In this document: positions 27,490 to 36,983 of the stretch, in pieces
Position numbering within the stretch: the stretch's first letter is position 1
How the letters are laid out: the number at the start of each line of letters is the position of its first letter
Origin: Planctomycetota bacterium
Lineage (GTDB): Bacteria; Planctomycetota; UBA8108; SXIK01
Assembly: GCA_965223845.1 (NCBI GenBank)
Contig: CBDCXR010000004.1
Location: 384,001-448,000 of the forward strand
Length of the DNA stretch: 64,000 nt
Direction of reading: 5' to 3'
Notes under the pieces: generated by a model
Databases searched by the model: none
Told to the model about the DNA's origin: nothing
The model's input: the letters and a program-made list of their open reading frames with translations, nothing else
Translations under genes and position numbers: made by a program

Positions 27490-30400
27490 CTACTTCGAGG
27501 ACTCGGCGACCTCCACCGTCACCGCCATCACGATCGGCGCGGTCCGATCCGGCCCCTTGACGATTTGGATGCGTTCGATGCGACCCGCCGTCTTCGGTCG
27601 CACGGCCAAGTAGCGAATCTGTCGGCCGCGAAGATTGAAGGCGAGCTTCGACCCCGGCACGTCGAACGGCCCGATGTAGTCGGCGAAGTGCTCGCCGTCG
27701 CGCAGCGGATGGTCTTCGGTCGCACCGCCTTCGTAGACGAGTCGGACGATCATGGAGACCGATCCGTCTTTGCGCGGACTCTTGGCGCCCCAGCCGCTCA
27801 CTCCGCTCAAGAGGTGAATGGCGCGCGCTGCCGTGTTGCACGGAATTTCGACCGACTTTGGCATGCGCGGTGGGATCGCCCCGTTTGGACTATGAAGCAG
27901 AATCGCGTTCGGAACCTCGCTCCCCTTCGGATCGACGAGGTGGAACGGGACTCCTTCGAACACCTTCGGCTTCCAATCGCGAAACACGAGGCGCTCGCCG
28001 CGGGATCGTTCGCTGAAGAACATCCCCCGAGTCGAGACGACCGTCGCGGCTTTGTCTAGCGGAATTGGGAGAAAGCGGCCGCGATCCGTGAGGAACTCGA
28101 GGAGGTCGGCCATTCGCTCCGGCGAGAGCTGTTTTTCGAAACCCGCCGGCATGAGCGAAAGGCGGGATGCCTCGATGCTCTCGACGTCCTCCCTGAGGAT
28201 GCGGTGCGGTTTCCCCTCGGCGTCGTAGATCTCGATCGCCGTGCGACTTTCCGAGGTGAGCATGCCTTCGATGACGGCGCCGTCCGATTGAACGACGGTG
28301 TAGAGTCGGAAGTTGCCTTCGACGCTCCGGCTCGGATCGAGGATGTGAACGAGAAGCTCGCTCTTTGAGTGGACTGCCATCCCGGTGAGATCCGGTCCGA
28401 TGTCGGTTCCTTCGGTGCCGTGTTTGTGGCACTTGGCGCACACCTCGAGGTACGCCGCCTTGCCGCGCTCGACGTCGCCCGTCCGCTCCGTGATCGGAAG
28501 CAGGCTGTCGATGACGCGCTGGCGATCGGGGTCGGGCAGGTCCCCGCTTCGGGCGAGAAGCGCCGTCGCCTTCGCCGCGAGCTTCGCGTCTGGGTGGCGC
28601 GCGAGCTGCTGCTTCTGATCGAGTGTGAAGAGGTCGAGGTCGACGACTCCGCCTTCGGCCGCGTCGAGAAGCGCGCTCGTCCACGGCGCTCGCCGCAAGA
28701 GAACAACTTGGGCGCGACGTTTCGCGGTCGGAGTCAGCGCGGGCAGAGCTTCGACGATCGCCGTCCCGACCGCGTCGCTCTCGCTCGTCTCGACAGCGCG
28801 GAGAAGCCCGTCGACGAGCTCCGGAGAAGACTTTGGGTCGATCGTCTCGATGACGCTTCGCGCCGCGGTCGCGTCGCCGATCCGAAACTCGATGAGCTGA
28901 CGGGCGGCGCGCGCCCGTTCATCGTCGCTTCGATCCGTGTTCTGGATCTCCCCCGCGAGGCGACCGGCGATCGCTTCGGCCTCCTTCTCGAGTCCGCGGC
29001 TTCCCCAGCGCTCCGCGAGTGTGACGAGACGGCTCTGCGCTTCGGGAGAGAGCGACGCGAGGAGCGATGCGACGCCGGCTTCGACCGCGGGATCGAGGCG
29101 CGGGCGCGCGTTCGCCGGCCAACCGCGAGCGAGGCCCGTCACCACCGCGTCGGCGAGCGGCTGCGCCGTCCCCTTGAGTCCCGCGAGGAGCTCGCCCGCG
29201 CCGCCTCGGGTCGCTTCGCCGCGGGCCGCGTGCTCCGCGACGCGCTCGGTGACTTGCACGAGAGCGGCCGAGCTCTCGCCGCCCGCGCCGGCGCCGCGAA
29301 GCGCCGCGAGGAACGACGTGACGTGACGCGCTGCGGCCGCGGTCGCCGCATCGGGGATCCAGCGATCCTCGGCGTTCATCGGTTCGGCGAGCGCGCGACT
29401 GATCGCCGCGCCGGCGGCTTCGTGCGGAGGAAGCTCCGCGAGCGCGAGAAACGCCGCGAGGCGAACTTGAGCCTCATCGTCGAGGAGCGATTTCGCGGAG
29501 AGGATCGCAGCGGTCGAATCAGCGGTCCGCGGAAGCGCGAGAATCGCGTTTCGCCGCACGCCCGCCGATGGGTGGCGTAGCGCGCCGCGAGCCGCGGCGG
29601 CCGCGCCGTCGTCATCGCCGAGCGCGCCCAGTCCGTTCAGCGTCCAGAGCGCGTGAATCGCGCCCGGATTGAGCCCGATCGCGTCGGTCGTCGCGTCGTT
29701 CACGAGGCGAACGAGCGCCGGAACGACGTCCCGGCGGCCGCGCTCGACGAGAAGACGCTGCGCTTCGCGTCGCCAGAATTGGTTGTCGATTGCGAGCGCT
29801 GCGACGAGCTCCTCCGGCGGAGTCGAGAGATCGAGGCGTCGCGGCCGGTAGGCGGGTCCATCACCGCGCGGCACGACGCGATAGATCCGGCCGTGCACCT
29901 TATCGCGGAGATCGGTGACGTAGGCGTTGCCCTTTCCGGTCTTGAACCCGCGCGGCGTCGGGTTGTGCTGCACGATGTAGTTGTACCAATCGATCACCCA
30001 CACGGCTCCGTCCGGCCCGACCTCACTCATGATCGGCGCCGTCCACTCATCGTGGCTCGCGAGGAGGTTCCACGTGTTCCGACTGACGAAATCGCTCCCG
30101 CGCGGCTCGAGGAGGAACGTCGCAACGAGGTGGCCGGTCGGACCGTTCACGAATGCGGCCCGATTCCAATACGTCTTCGGCAACCGCCGCGCGGTGTAAA
30201 TCGCGTGTCCCGCCGCCGCAGTGAAATTGCCGTGATGGTCGACCTGCCGGACCTTTTCCGAGATCGGATAGAACTTAGCGTTCGTCGCCGTGCGACCGAG
30301 AACGCTCGAGGTCCATCCGCGAACCGATTCGTAGTAGCGATTCGGGATCGGGAGGTAAACGCTCGGGTTCCCGTTTGCCGTCGAACCGAAGAGGAGACCC

Positions 30401-31821
30401 TCCTCCGTGAAGCTCACGCCCCATGAGTTGTTGTTCGTATTGCGGAGAAATTCGAACTTCGATCCATCGGGACGAAAGCGGTAGAACCCCGTGCGAAAAC
30501 TGTGCTCCTCGCCGCCGACGGTGCCGCGGAAACCGGAGTACCCGACCATGCCGTAGACCCAATGGTCGAGGCCCCACTGAAGATTGCTCGGCCCGGCGTG
30601 GGTATCGCCGGTGGACCAGCCCGTGAAAAGGACGCGACGCTCGTCGGCGCGATCGTCTCCGTCGGTGTCGCGGAGAAAGAGCGTGTGTGGCGCCTGGTGA
30701 ACGATCACTCCACCCTTGTAGTGGAGGAGGCTCGTCGGAATGCTCAATCGGTCGGCGAAGATCGTAAACTTGTCCGCGCGCCCATCGCCGTCCGAATCCT
30801 CGCAGATCTTGATCCGATCTTCGCCCTGACGATCCGGCTTCAGCTCGTTCGGATAGTCGGTCGTCTCCGCGATCCAGAGCCGCCCTCGCGCATCCCAGCT
30901 CATGCAGATCGGCTTGTAGATCTCCGGATCCGCGGCGAAGAGGTGGAGCTCGAGCTGCGGCGCGAGCACCGCGTGGCGCATGGATGCCTCGGGTCGGAGC
31001 GGCTCTTGCATCTGCGTGAGAGCGTCCCCCTGCGTTCCCCACGAACGACCGGGGAGATAGTTCGGCAAATTCGCCTTTCGGAACGTGAACGACGAAGGAT
31101 CGGGGGGAGGACTGAGGAGCGTCGGCACGACGCGGTCGTCGCCGCAGGCCCACCGGATGCCGCGCTCGATGAGAACGTGAAAGCCCGGCTGACCCCACGT
31201 GCGGTGGTCGTGCCCGTACGCGGTGTAGAAAACGCGTCCCTTGCCGTGGCGGCGGACCCAGGTCCACGGCTCGTTTCCTTGCGTGTCCGGCCGTACCTGA
31301 AGGACGACGCGATCTTCGTTGTGCTTCGTGTGGACGTAGGTTTCGTCCCAGGTACGGAACTCGGGAATGCCCGCCATGATCGGGTGGTCCGGCGCCGTGA
31401 TCCGCGTGCGAAACTCGCCCGTGCCGTGGCTCTTGAACTGCGCGCCGACGAGCTCGATGTAGGCCGGCGAGTTGAGGAAGCAGTAGGACGCGCAGTGAAT
31501 CGGGATGAAGCCGCCGCCGTTTGCAACGAAATCGAGGAGCGCCTTCTCGGCCTCGGGCTCTATGCTCGGCCAGTTCGCGAACACGATGAGGCCGTCGTAA
31601 CGGGATAGCTTCTCAGCGTTGAGATCCCCGAGGTGTTCCGTGTAGTCGATCGCGATCCCGAGCTGCGCGAGGACCGGGATGAGCTGCTTCGAACGCTCTT
31701 CGGGTTGATGGTGGCCGCGATCACCGAGAAAGAGGACGCGGAGCTCACTGGCGGCGATCTCCGACGTCACCGAACCGATGAAGAGTGCAGTGACGAGGCC
31801 GAGCAGCCGATGTCGAAACAT
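27490..31821 (-). CDS. PVC-type heme-binding CxxCH protein (ThuA-like domain, membrane-bound dehydrogenase-like propeller, HEAT repeats, cytochrome c)
   Basis: ThuA-like GGGFIPIHCAS..GRVFYTAYGHD; PICMSWDARGRLWIAE..EDSDGDGRAD; EVGPDGAVWVIDWYN; CAKCH..IGPDL..ILDPS..SLMPAG. Start set at ATG 31821. Confidence 0.9.
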   Translation of the reverse strand: MFRHRLLGLVTALFIGSVTSEIAASELRVLFLGDRGHHQPEERSKQLIPVLAQLGIAIDYTEHLGDLNAEKLSRYDGLIVFANWPSIEPEAEKALLDFVANGGGFIPIHCASYCFLNSPAYIELVGAQFKSHGTGEFRTRITAPDHPIMAGIPEFRTWDETYVHTKHNEDRVVLQVRPDTQGNEPWTWVRRHGKGRVFYTAYGHDHRTWGQPGFHVLIERGIRWACGDDRVVPTLLSPPPDPSSFTFRKANLPNYLPGRSWGTQGDALTQMQEPLRPEASMRHAVLAPQLELHLFAADPEIYKPICMSWDARGRLWIAETTDYPNELKPDRQGEDRIKICEDSDGDGRADKFTIFADRLSIPTSLLHYKGGVIVHQAPHTLFLRDTDGDDRADERRVLFTGWSTGDTHAGPSNLQWGLDHWVYGMVGYSGFRGTVGGEEHSFRTGFYRFRPDGSKFEFLRNTNNNSWGVSFTEEGLLFGSTANGNPSVYLPIPNRYYESVRGWTSSVLGRTATNAKFYPISEKVRQVDHHGNFTAAAGHAIYTARRLPKTYWNRAAFVNGPTGHLVATFLLEPRGSDFVSRNTWNLLASHDEWTAPIMSEVGPDGAVWVIDWYNYIVQHNPTPRGFKTGKGNAYVTDLRDKVHGRIYRVVPRGDGPAYRPRRLDLSTPPEELVAALAIDNQFWRREAQRLLVERGRRDVVPALVRLVNDATTDAIGLNPGAIHALWTLNGLGALGDDDGAAAAARGALRHPSAGVRRNAILALPRTADSTAAILSAKSLLDDEAQVRLAAFLALAELPPHEAAGAAISRALAEPMNAEDRWIPDAATAAAARHVTSFLAALRGAGAGGESSAALVQVTERVAEHAARGEATRGGAGELLAGLKGTAQPLADAVVTGLARGWPANARPRLDPAVEAGVASLLASLSPEAQSRLVTLAERWGSRGLEKEAEAIAGRLAGEIQNTDRSDDERARAARQLIEFRIGDATAARSVIETIDPKSSPELVDGLLRAVETSESDAVGTAIVEALPALTPTAKRRAQVVLLRRAPWTSALLDAAEGGVVDLDLFTLDQKQQLARHPDAKLAAKATALLARSGDLPDPDRQRVIDSLLPITERTGDVERGKAAYLEVCAKCHKHGTEGTDIGPDLTGMAVHSKSELLVHILDPSRSVEGNFRLYTVVQSDGAVIEGMLTSESRTAIEIYDAEGKPHRILREDVESIEASRLSLMPAGFEKQLSPERMADLLEFLTDRGRFLPIPLDKAATVVSTRGMFFSERSRGERLVFRDWKPKVFEGVPFHLVDPKGSEVPNAILLHSPNGAIPPRMPKSVEIPCNTAARAIHLLSGVSGWGAKSPRKDGSVSMIVRLVYEGGATEDHPLRDGEHFADYIGPFDVPGSKLAFNLRGRQIRYLAVRPKTAGRIERIQIVKGPDRTAPIVMAVTVEVAESSK

Positions 31822-32023
31822 ACGAATGTCTCCCAAGTGATTTTCGATCGAGTGAGCGGAACATCCTAACCGCTCTTGGCCGAACCGGTCGCCGAATCGG
31901 CCGCGCGGGAGAGGATTCTCGGGACATGAGGCCGCGGTTCGACCTGGCTTGCCCGGAACGCCTCGAGTGCGTATCCTCCCTCAAGCTTATCGGCGGTGAG
32001 CTACTCGAGCAGACCGTTCACGC

Positions 32024-33835
32024 ATGCACGACACCCTTCTCAGCCTCGCACTGATTTTCCTCGCCGGAGTCGGGGCGCAATGGATCGCGTGGCGACTGCG
32101 CCTCCCGTCGATCCTTCTCCTCCTTGGCGCGGGATTCGTCGTGGGTCCGCTCCTCGGCTGGCTAAACCCCGACGAGCTTCTCGGCGACCTCGTCTTTCCG
32201 ATCGTCTCCCTCTTCGTCGCGATCGTGCTCTTCGAAGGCGGTCTGAGCCTCCGCGTGTCCGAGCTTCGCGGGGGCGGTCCCGCGGTGCGGCGGCTCGTCG
32301 TCGTCGGCGTCCTCGTGACGTGGATCGGCTGCACGATCGGGGCGTCGACTCTGCTCGGAATGGAACTCTCGATCGCGGCCATTTTCGGTGCGATCCTCAC
32401 CGTCACGGGTCCGACCGTGACCGTCCCTCTCCTTCGATTCGTTCGTCCGACGGGTCGCGTCGCATCCGTCGTCAAGTGGGAGGGCATCGTGAACGACCCG
32501 ATCGGCGCGATGTGTGCGGTCCTCGTCTTCGAGGTCTTCTACGGCGAATCCCCGCATTCCGCATCGCACGAGTTCGTCATCGGCGCGGTGAAGACCATCG
32601 TCATCGGCGGGTCGGTCGGTGTGATCTCCGGCTGGTTCGTCACGGAGCTCCTTCGCCGCCACCTCATCCCGGATCTCCTTCACAATCCGGTCGCGCTCAC
32701 CCTCGCGCTCGTCGGCTTCGCGATCTCGAATCACTTCCAGCACGAATCCGGCCTCCTCAGCGTGACGCTGTTCGGGATCTATCTCGCCAACCAGCGCCGG
32801 GTGAGCGTGCGGCACATCGTCGAGTTCAAGGAGAGCGTCGGAGTTCTCCTCATCGCGCTACTCTTTATCATCCTCGCGGCTCGGGTCGAGCTGTCCGAGC
32901 TCCGAGTCGATCGCATGGGTGGACTGCTCGCGTTTCTTGCGCTCTTCGTGTTCGTCGTCCGGCCTCTCGCCGTGATCGCCTCGACGTGGGGCTCCGAGCT
33001 CAACTGGGCCGAGCGCGGACTGGTTGCGTGGATGGCGCCGAAAGGGGTCGTCGCGGCCGCGGTCGCTTCCGTTTTCGCCTTGAGGCTCAGGGAGCTGGGC
33101 GTGACCGGCGGAGAGCAGATGGGGGATCAGATGGTCTCGATGATGTTCCTCGTCATCATCGGTACCGTCTCGATCTACGGGCTCACCGCCGCGCCGCTCG
33201 CGCGCTGGCTCAAGCTCGCCCATCCGAATCCACAGGGAATCCTCTTCATCGGCGCGCATCGCTGGGCACGCGAGATCGCGAAGGCGCTCAAGGAAGACGG
33301 GATCGAGACCCTTCTCGTCGATACGAACTGGGATCACGTTTCCGCGGCGCGCATGGACGGTCTCCGCACGTACTACGGCAACGCGATCGCCGAAACTACG
33401 CACGAGGAGCTCGAGCTCACGGGGATCGGCCGGCTCTTCGCCCTCACGCCAAATGATGAAGTGAACACACTCGCGGCGGTCCACTACGCCGAGGAATTCA
33501 CTCGTTCCCAGGTCTTTCAACTGGCCCCGACCGACAGCGGCCGGGCGCGGCAGGATCCGATCCCGGCGCGCGCGAGGATCCTCTTCTCGGACCAGGCGAC
33601 GTTTGAGGAGCTCTCGCGGCGCTTCGCAGCGGGGGCGGTCGTCAAGAGGACTCCGATCACGCCGGAGTTCAACGCGGACGCGTTTTCCGCGCAGTACTCG
33701 GATTCTGCGCTTCCGCTCTTTCTCGTCACCGAGGCGAAGAAGCTCGTCGTCCTCACGCCAAACCAGATGCCGAAGCCGAAGTCGGGTCAGACCTTGATCA
33801 GTCTCGCCGTGCCGGATTCGGCGTCGGCGGAGTGA
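32024..33835 (+). CDS. NhaP-type (CPA1) cation:proton antiporter with a C-terminal Rossmann-like domain
   Basis: About 12 hydrophobic segments; VLFEGGL, TGPTV, WEGIVNDP, APKGVVAAAVAS; soluble tail ILFIGAH..LVDTN..ALTPNDEVN. Confidence 0.88.
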   Translation: MHDTLLSLALIFLAGVGAQWIAWRLRLPSILLLLGAGFVVGPLLGWLNPDELLGDLVFPIVSLFVAIVLFEGGLSLRVSELRGGGPAVRRLVVVGVLVTWIGCTIGASTLLGMELSIAAIFGAILTVTGPTVTVPLLRFVRPTGRVASVVKWEGIVNDPIGAMCAVLVFEVFYGESPHSASHEFVIGAVKTIVIGGSVGVISGWFVTELLRRHLIPDLLHNPVALTLALVGFAISNHFQHESGLLSVTLFGIYLANQRRVSVRHIVEFKESVGVLLIALLFIILAARVELSELRVDRMGGLLAFLALFVFVVRPLAVIASTWGSELNWAERGLVAWMAPKGVVAAAVASVFALRLRELGVTGGEQMGDQMVSMMFLVIIGTVSIYGLTAAPLARWLKLAHPNPQGILFIGAHRWAREIAKALKEDGIETLLVDTNWDHVSAARMDGLRTYYGNAIAETTHEELELTGIGRLFALTPNDEVNTLAAVHYAEEFTRSQVFQLAPTDSGRARQDPIPARARILFSDQATFEELSRRFAAGAVVKRTPITPEFNADAFSAQYSDSALPLFLVTEAKKLVVLTPNQMPKPKSGQTLISLAVPDSASAE

Positions 33836-33901
33836 GCGATGCTCCACGAGTGATTCGGCGTCTCGACGAAGCGCTCGGTCGAGGACCGCAAACGAGACGA
33901 C

Positions 33902-35212
33902 TCAGACCTCCGCCGGAACGACGAACGGGCTTCGATACGGGCGCGAGAGCATGCGATCGGCCTCGCCGTCGTTCGGGCATCGTTCCGTCTTCGGATCGAA
34001 GTCGATCGTGCGGCCGAGGCGATAGGAAATGTTCGCGAGGTGGCAGAGTGACGAGCTGAGGTGACCGTCCTCGACGTCGGTCCCGAGATCCGAGATCCGG
34101 CGGCTTCGAACGCCCGCGATGAATGTCTTCCATTCGCTGCCGGCGCCGCCACCCGACGGGCCCGGCTCGTGCTTCCGTCCGAGGAAGACGCGGTACTCGA
34201 AGTACTTGAGCGTCATGATCCCTTCGGAGCCGTAGAAGATGACTCCGACGTTGTTGCCGCCCGGATTGCCGAAGCTGCCTTCGTAGTTCGTGATCCAGTG
34301 GCGCACTTCGAAGACGAGCATGCGATTCTCTTCGGGATAGTAGAACGACGCGAGCTGAGTGTTTGGAACCTCCTTGTCGTCGTCGAAGAGGAAGCGTCCG
34401 CCGAGAGACGAGATCTTTTTCGGGAGGCCGACGCCGAGACCCCAGCGCGCGAGATCCATCTCGTGAACGCCCTGATTGCCGATGTCTCCGTTGCCGTAGT
34501 CCCAGTGCCAGTGCCAGTTGTAGTGGAAGCGATTCTCCGAGAACGGACGATCGGGCGCTGGGCCGAGCCATGTGTCGTAGTGGACGCCGGACGGCGCCGC
34601 AGCGTCCGGCTTCCGGCCGATGGTGTTCCGCCACTTGTAACAGAGCCCCTTCGCCATGTAGACATCGCCGATCACGCCGTCGCGAAGGTGCTGGATCGCC
34701 TCGCGGATCGCGGGTGAGCTGCGACCTTGAACGCCGTGCTGACACATGCGCTGGTGTCGCCGCGCGGTCCGTACGAGCTGACGACCTTCCCACACGTTGT
34801 GGGAAAGGGGCTTCTCGACGTAGACGTCCTTGCCGCTCTGCATCGCCCAGATTCCGGCGAGGCTGTGCCAATGGTTGGGCGTCGCGATGCTGACCGCGTT
34901 GATCGACGTGTCGTCGAACATCTTGCGGAGATCGGTGTACGTGGCGATCGACCGCCCCGTGCGCTTTTCGTGCTCGGCCTTCCGGCCGGCGAGGATCGCT
35001 TCGTCGACGTCGCAGAGGGCGACCACCTCGACACCGGGCACGCCTTCGAAACCGCGGAGGTGCGAATTCCCGCGGCCCCGGAGTCCGATGATGCCCATGC
35101 GGATCGTGTCATTCGGACTCGATTGCGCGCTCCGCAGCGTCCCCGTGAGTGCGACCGCGCCGGCGGCGGCTCCCGTCGTGCGGAGGAAATCCCGGCGGTG
35201 GAGCGGCTTCAT
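33902..35212 (-). CDS. Gfo/Idh/MocA family oxidoreductase with Tat signal
   Basis: RRDFL Tat motif; GIIGLRGRG; IATPNHWH; DVYVEKP; WLGPAP; NQGVHEMD. Confidence 0.92.
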   Translation of the reverse strand: MKPLHRRDFLRTTGAAAGAVALTGTLRSAQSSPNDTIRMGIIGLRGRGNSHLRGFEGVPGVEVVALCDVDEAILAGRKAEHEKRTGRSIATYTDLRKMFDDTSINAVSIATPNHWHSLAGIWAMQSGKDVYVEKPLSHNVWEGRQLVRTARRHQRMCQHGVQGRSSPAIREAIQHLRDGVIGDVYMAKGLCYKWRNTIGRKPDAAAPSGVHYDTWLGPAPDRPFSENRFHYNWHWHWDYGNGDIGNQGVHEMDLARWGLGVGLPKKISSLGGRFLFDDDKEVPNTQLASFYYPEENRMLVFEVRHWITNYEGSFGNPGGNNVGVIFYGSEGIMTLKYFEYRVFLGRKHEPGPSGGGAGSEWKTFIAGVRSRRISDLGTDVEDGHLSSSLCHLANISYRLGRTIDFDPKTERCPNDGEADRMLSRPYRSPFVVPAEV

Positions 35213-35502
35213 GACGTTTTCCCTCTCGTGAGTTCAATCGGATGCGGCCCGTTCATTGACGCCGCTTCGATTATCTCCAGCCCGACCGATCGGGGAAAGC
35301 CCGCACGTGCGCCGATCGCGGTCGAATCGGAGTCGCCTCGGGTAGAATCAGCGGGGAGCGGCGGTCACTCCGTCGCCCGGCCCATGGATCGATCGAGAAT
35401 CCTTTGAAGCCGGATGCCGAGAGGGCCGCCCGCAACGAAACCGTCGGCTGAACCCCATTTTCGCGAGACTCTCAGTACTCCTCAAACGGATCGGAACGAT
35501 CG

Positions 35503-36852
35503 ATGCGAACTGTCCCGACTCGCCAAGCGTTGACTCTTCCCGCGGCCGTTCTCTCTCTTGCGGGCCTCGTTCCCGTGCTCGGACAGACGGACCGCCCGAA
35601 CGTTCTTCTCATCGTGTCGGACGATCAGGGAACGATCGATCTCAACTGTTACGGCGCAGATGACCTCTACACGCCGCACCTCGACGCGCTCGCTCGCCGC
35701 GGCGTGCGCTTCACGCAGTTTTACGCGAACGCTCCGGTGTGCTCGCCCTCGCGCGCGGCGATTCTCACCGGGCGCTACCCCCAGCGTGCGGGGGTTCCGG
35801 GGAACGTCGGTCTCGGGAAGGTGGGGCTCCCGCCCGCGCAGACGACGGTCGCGGAGATGCTCGAGGCGCGCGGATACGCCCGCGGAATCGTCGGCAAGTG
35901 GCACCTCGGGTGGGCGGACGGAAAGGGACCGCTCGACCAGGGCTTCACTCGATTCTTCGGCCACATGAAGGGCTGCATCGACAACTACTCGCACTTCTTC
36001 TACTGGTCGGGACCGAACGTACACGATCTTTGGGATGACACCGAAGAGCACTGGGAGGACGGCGTTCACTTCGGTGACTTGATGGTGCGTGAAGCGAATC
36101 GATTCATCGAACAGCACCGGGACCAACCGTTCTTTCTCTTTCTCCCGTTCAACATTCCTCACTATCCGCTCCAAGGGCAGGCGCGCTTCCGCAAGCTCTA
36201 TCGCGATCTTCCGGAGCCGCGCCGATCGTACGCGGCGCTCGTTTCGACCTTCGACGAGAAGGTGGGGCAGATCCTCGGCAAAGTGGACGCCCTCGGTCTC
36301 CGCGATCGGACTCTCGTGATCTTCATGTCGGATCACGGCCATTCGACGGAAGTCCGGACGCGATCGGGAGGGGGAAACGCGGGTCCCTACCGCGGTTCGA
36401 AATTCTCGCTCTTCGAAGGCGGGATCCGCGTGCCGGCCATCGTGAGCTGGCCGGGCAGGATTCCGGTGGACGTGGAACGCGGGCAGCTCGCGATGGCTAT
36501 GGACTGGATGCCGACGATCGCCGAGTACACCGGCACGAAACTCGACCCGGCGAGCGTCGACGGGAAGAGCCTCGTCGGCGTGATCGAACGCGATGAACCG
36601 TCCCCTCACCGCGTCGTTCACTGGGAAACCGGCGGGGGCTCGCAGTGGGCGGTTCGCGATGGCGATTGGAAGCTCGTCGTCAACCCGCGAGATACGAACG
36701 GGAAACGGGTGGAAGGCACGGATCGCGTCTTCCTCAGCCGGATAGACCGAGACGCGACGGAGCGCGCGAACATCGCGTCCGAGCATGCGGACGTCGTCGA
36801 TCGCCTCCGCGCATTGCACGCGAAGTGGACTGGGGACTTGGAGAGAGACTGA
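35503..36852 (+). CDS. Sulfatase (formylglycine-dependent S1 family)
   Basis: PNVLLIVSDDQG, VCSPSRAAILTGRY, VGKWHLG, SDHG, KFSLFEGGIRVP. Confidence 0.92.
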   Translation: MRTVPTRQALTLPAAVLSLAGLVPVLGQTDRPNVLLIVSDDQGTIDLNCYGADDLYTPHLDALARRGVRFTQFYANAPVCSPSRAAILTGRYPQRAGVPGNVGLGKVGLPPAQTTVAEMLEARGYARGIVGKWHLGWADGKGPLDQGFTRFFGHMKGCIDNYSHFFYWSGPNVHDLWDDTEEHWEDGVHFGDLMVREANRFIEQHRDQPFFLFLPFNIPHYPLQGQARFRKLYRDLPEPRRSYAALVSTFDEKVGQILGKVDALGLRDRTLVIFMSDHGHSTEVRTRSGGGNAGPYRGSKFSLFEGGIRVPAIVSWPGRIPVDVERGQLAMAMDWMPTIAEYTGTKLDPASVDGKSLVGVIERDEPSPHRVVHWETGGGSQWAVRDGDWKLVVNPRDTNGKRVEGTDRVFLSRIDRDATERANIASEHADVVDRLRALHAKWTGDLERD

Positions 36853-36853
36853 A

Positions 36854-36979
36854 CGTTCCCGTTCCCGACAAACTTCTCCTTCTCCTCCGCCCCGGCCGCT
36901 CCGCGGGAACGGTCGCCCGTCGAGATCCCCTCTGCCCGGACCGCTCCGATGGTTTGGGAAGACGCCGGGAACGGGAACG
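36854..36979. repeat. Intergenic element bounded by 14-bp perfect inverted repeats made of GTTCCC hexamers
   Basis: CGTTCCCGTTCCCG (36854-36867) and CGGGAACGGGAACG (36966-36979), between convergent genes. Confidence 0.55.
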
Positions 36980-36983
36980 GGAC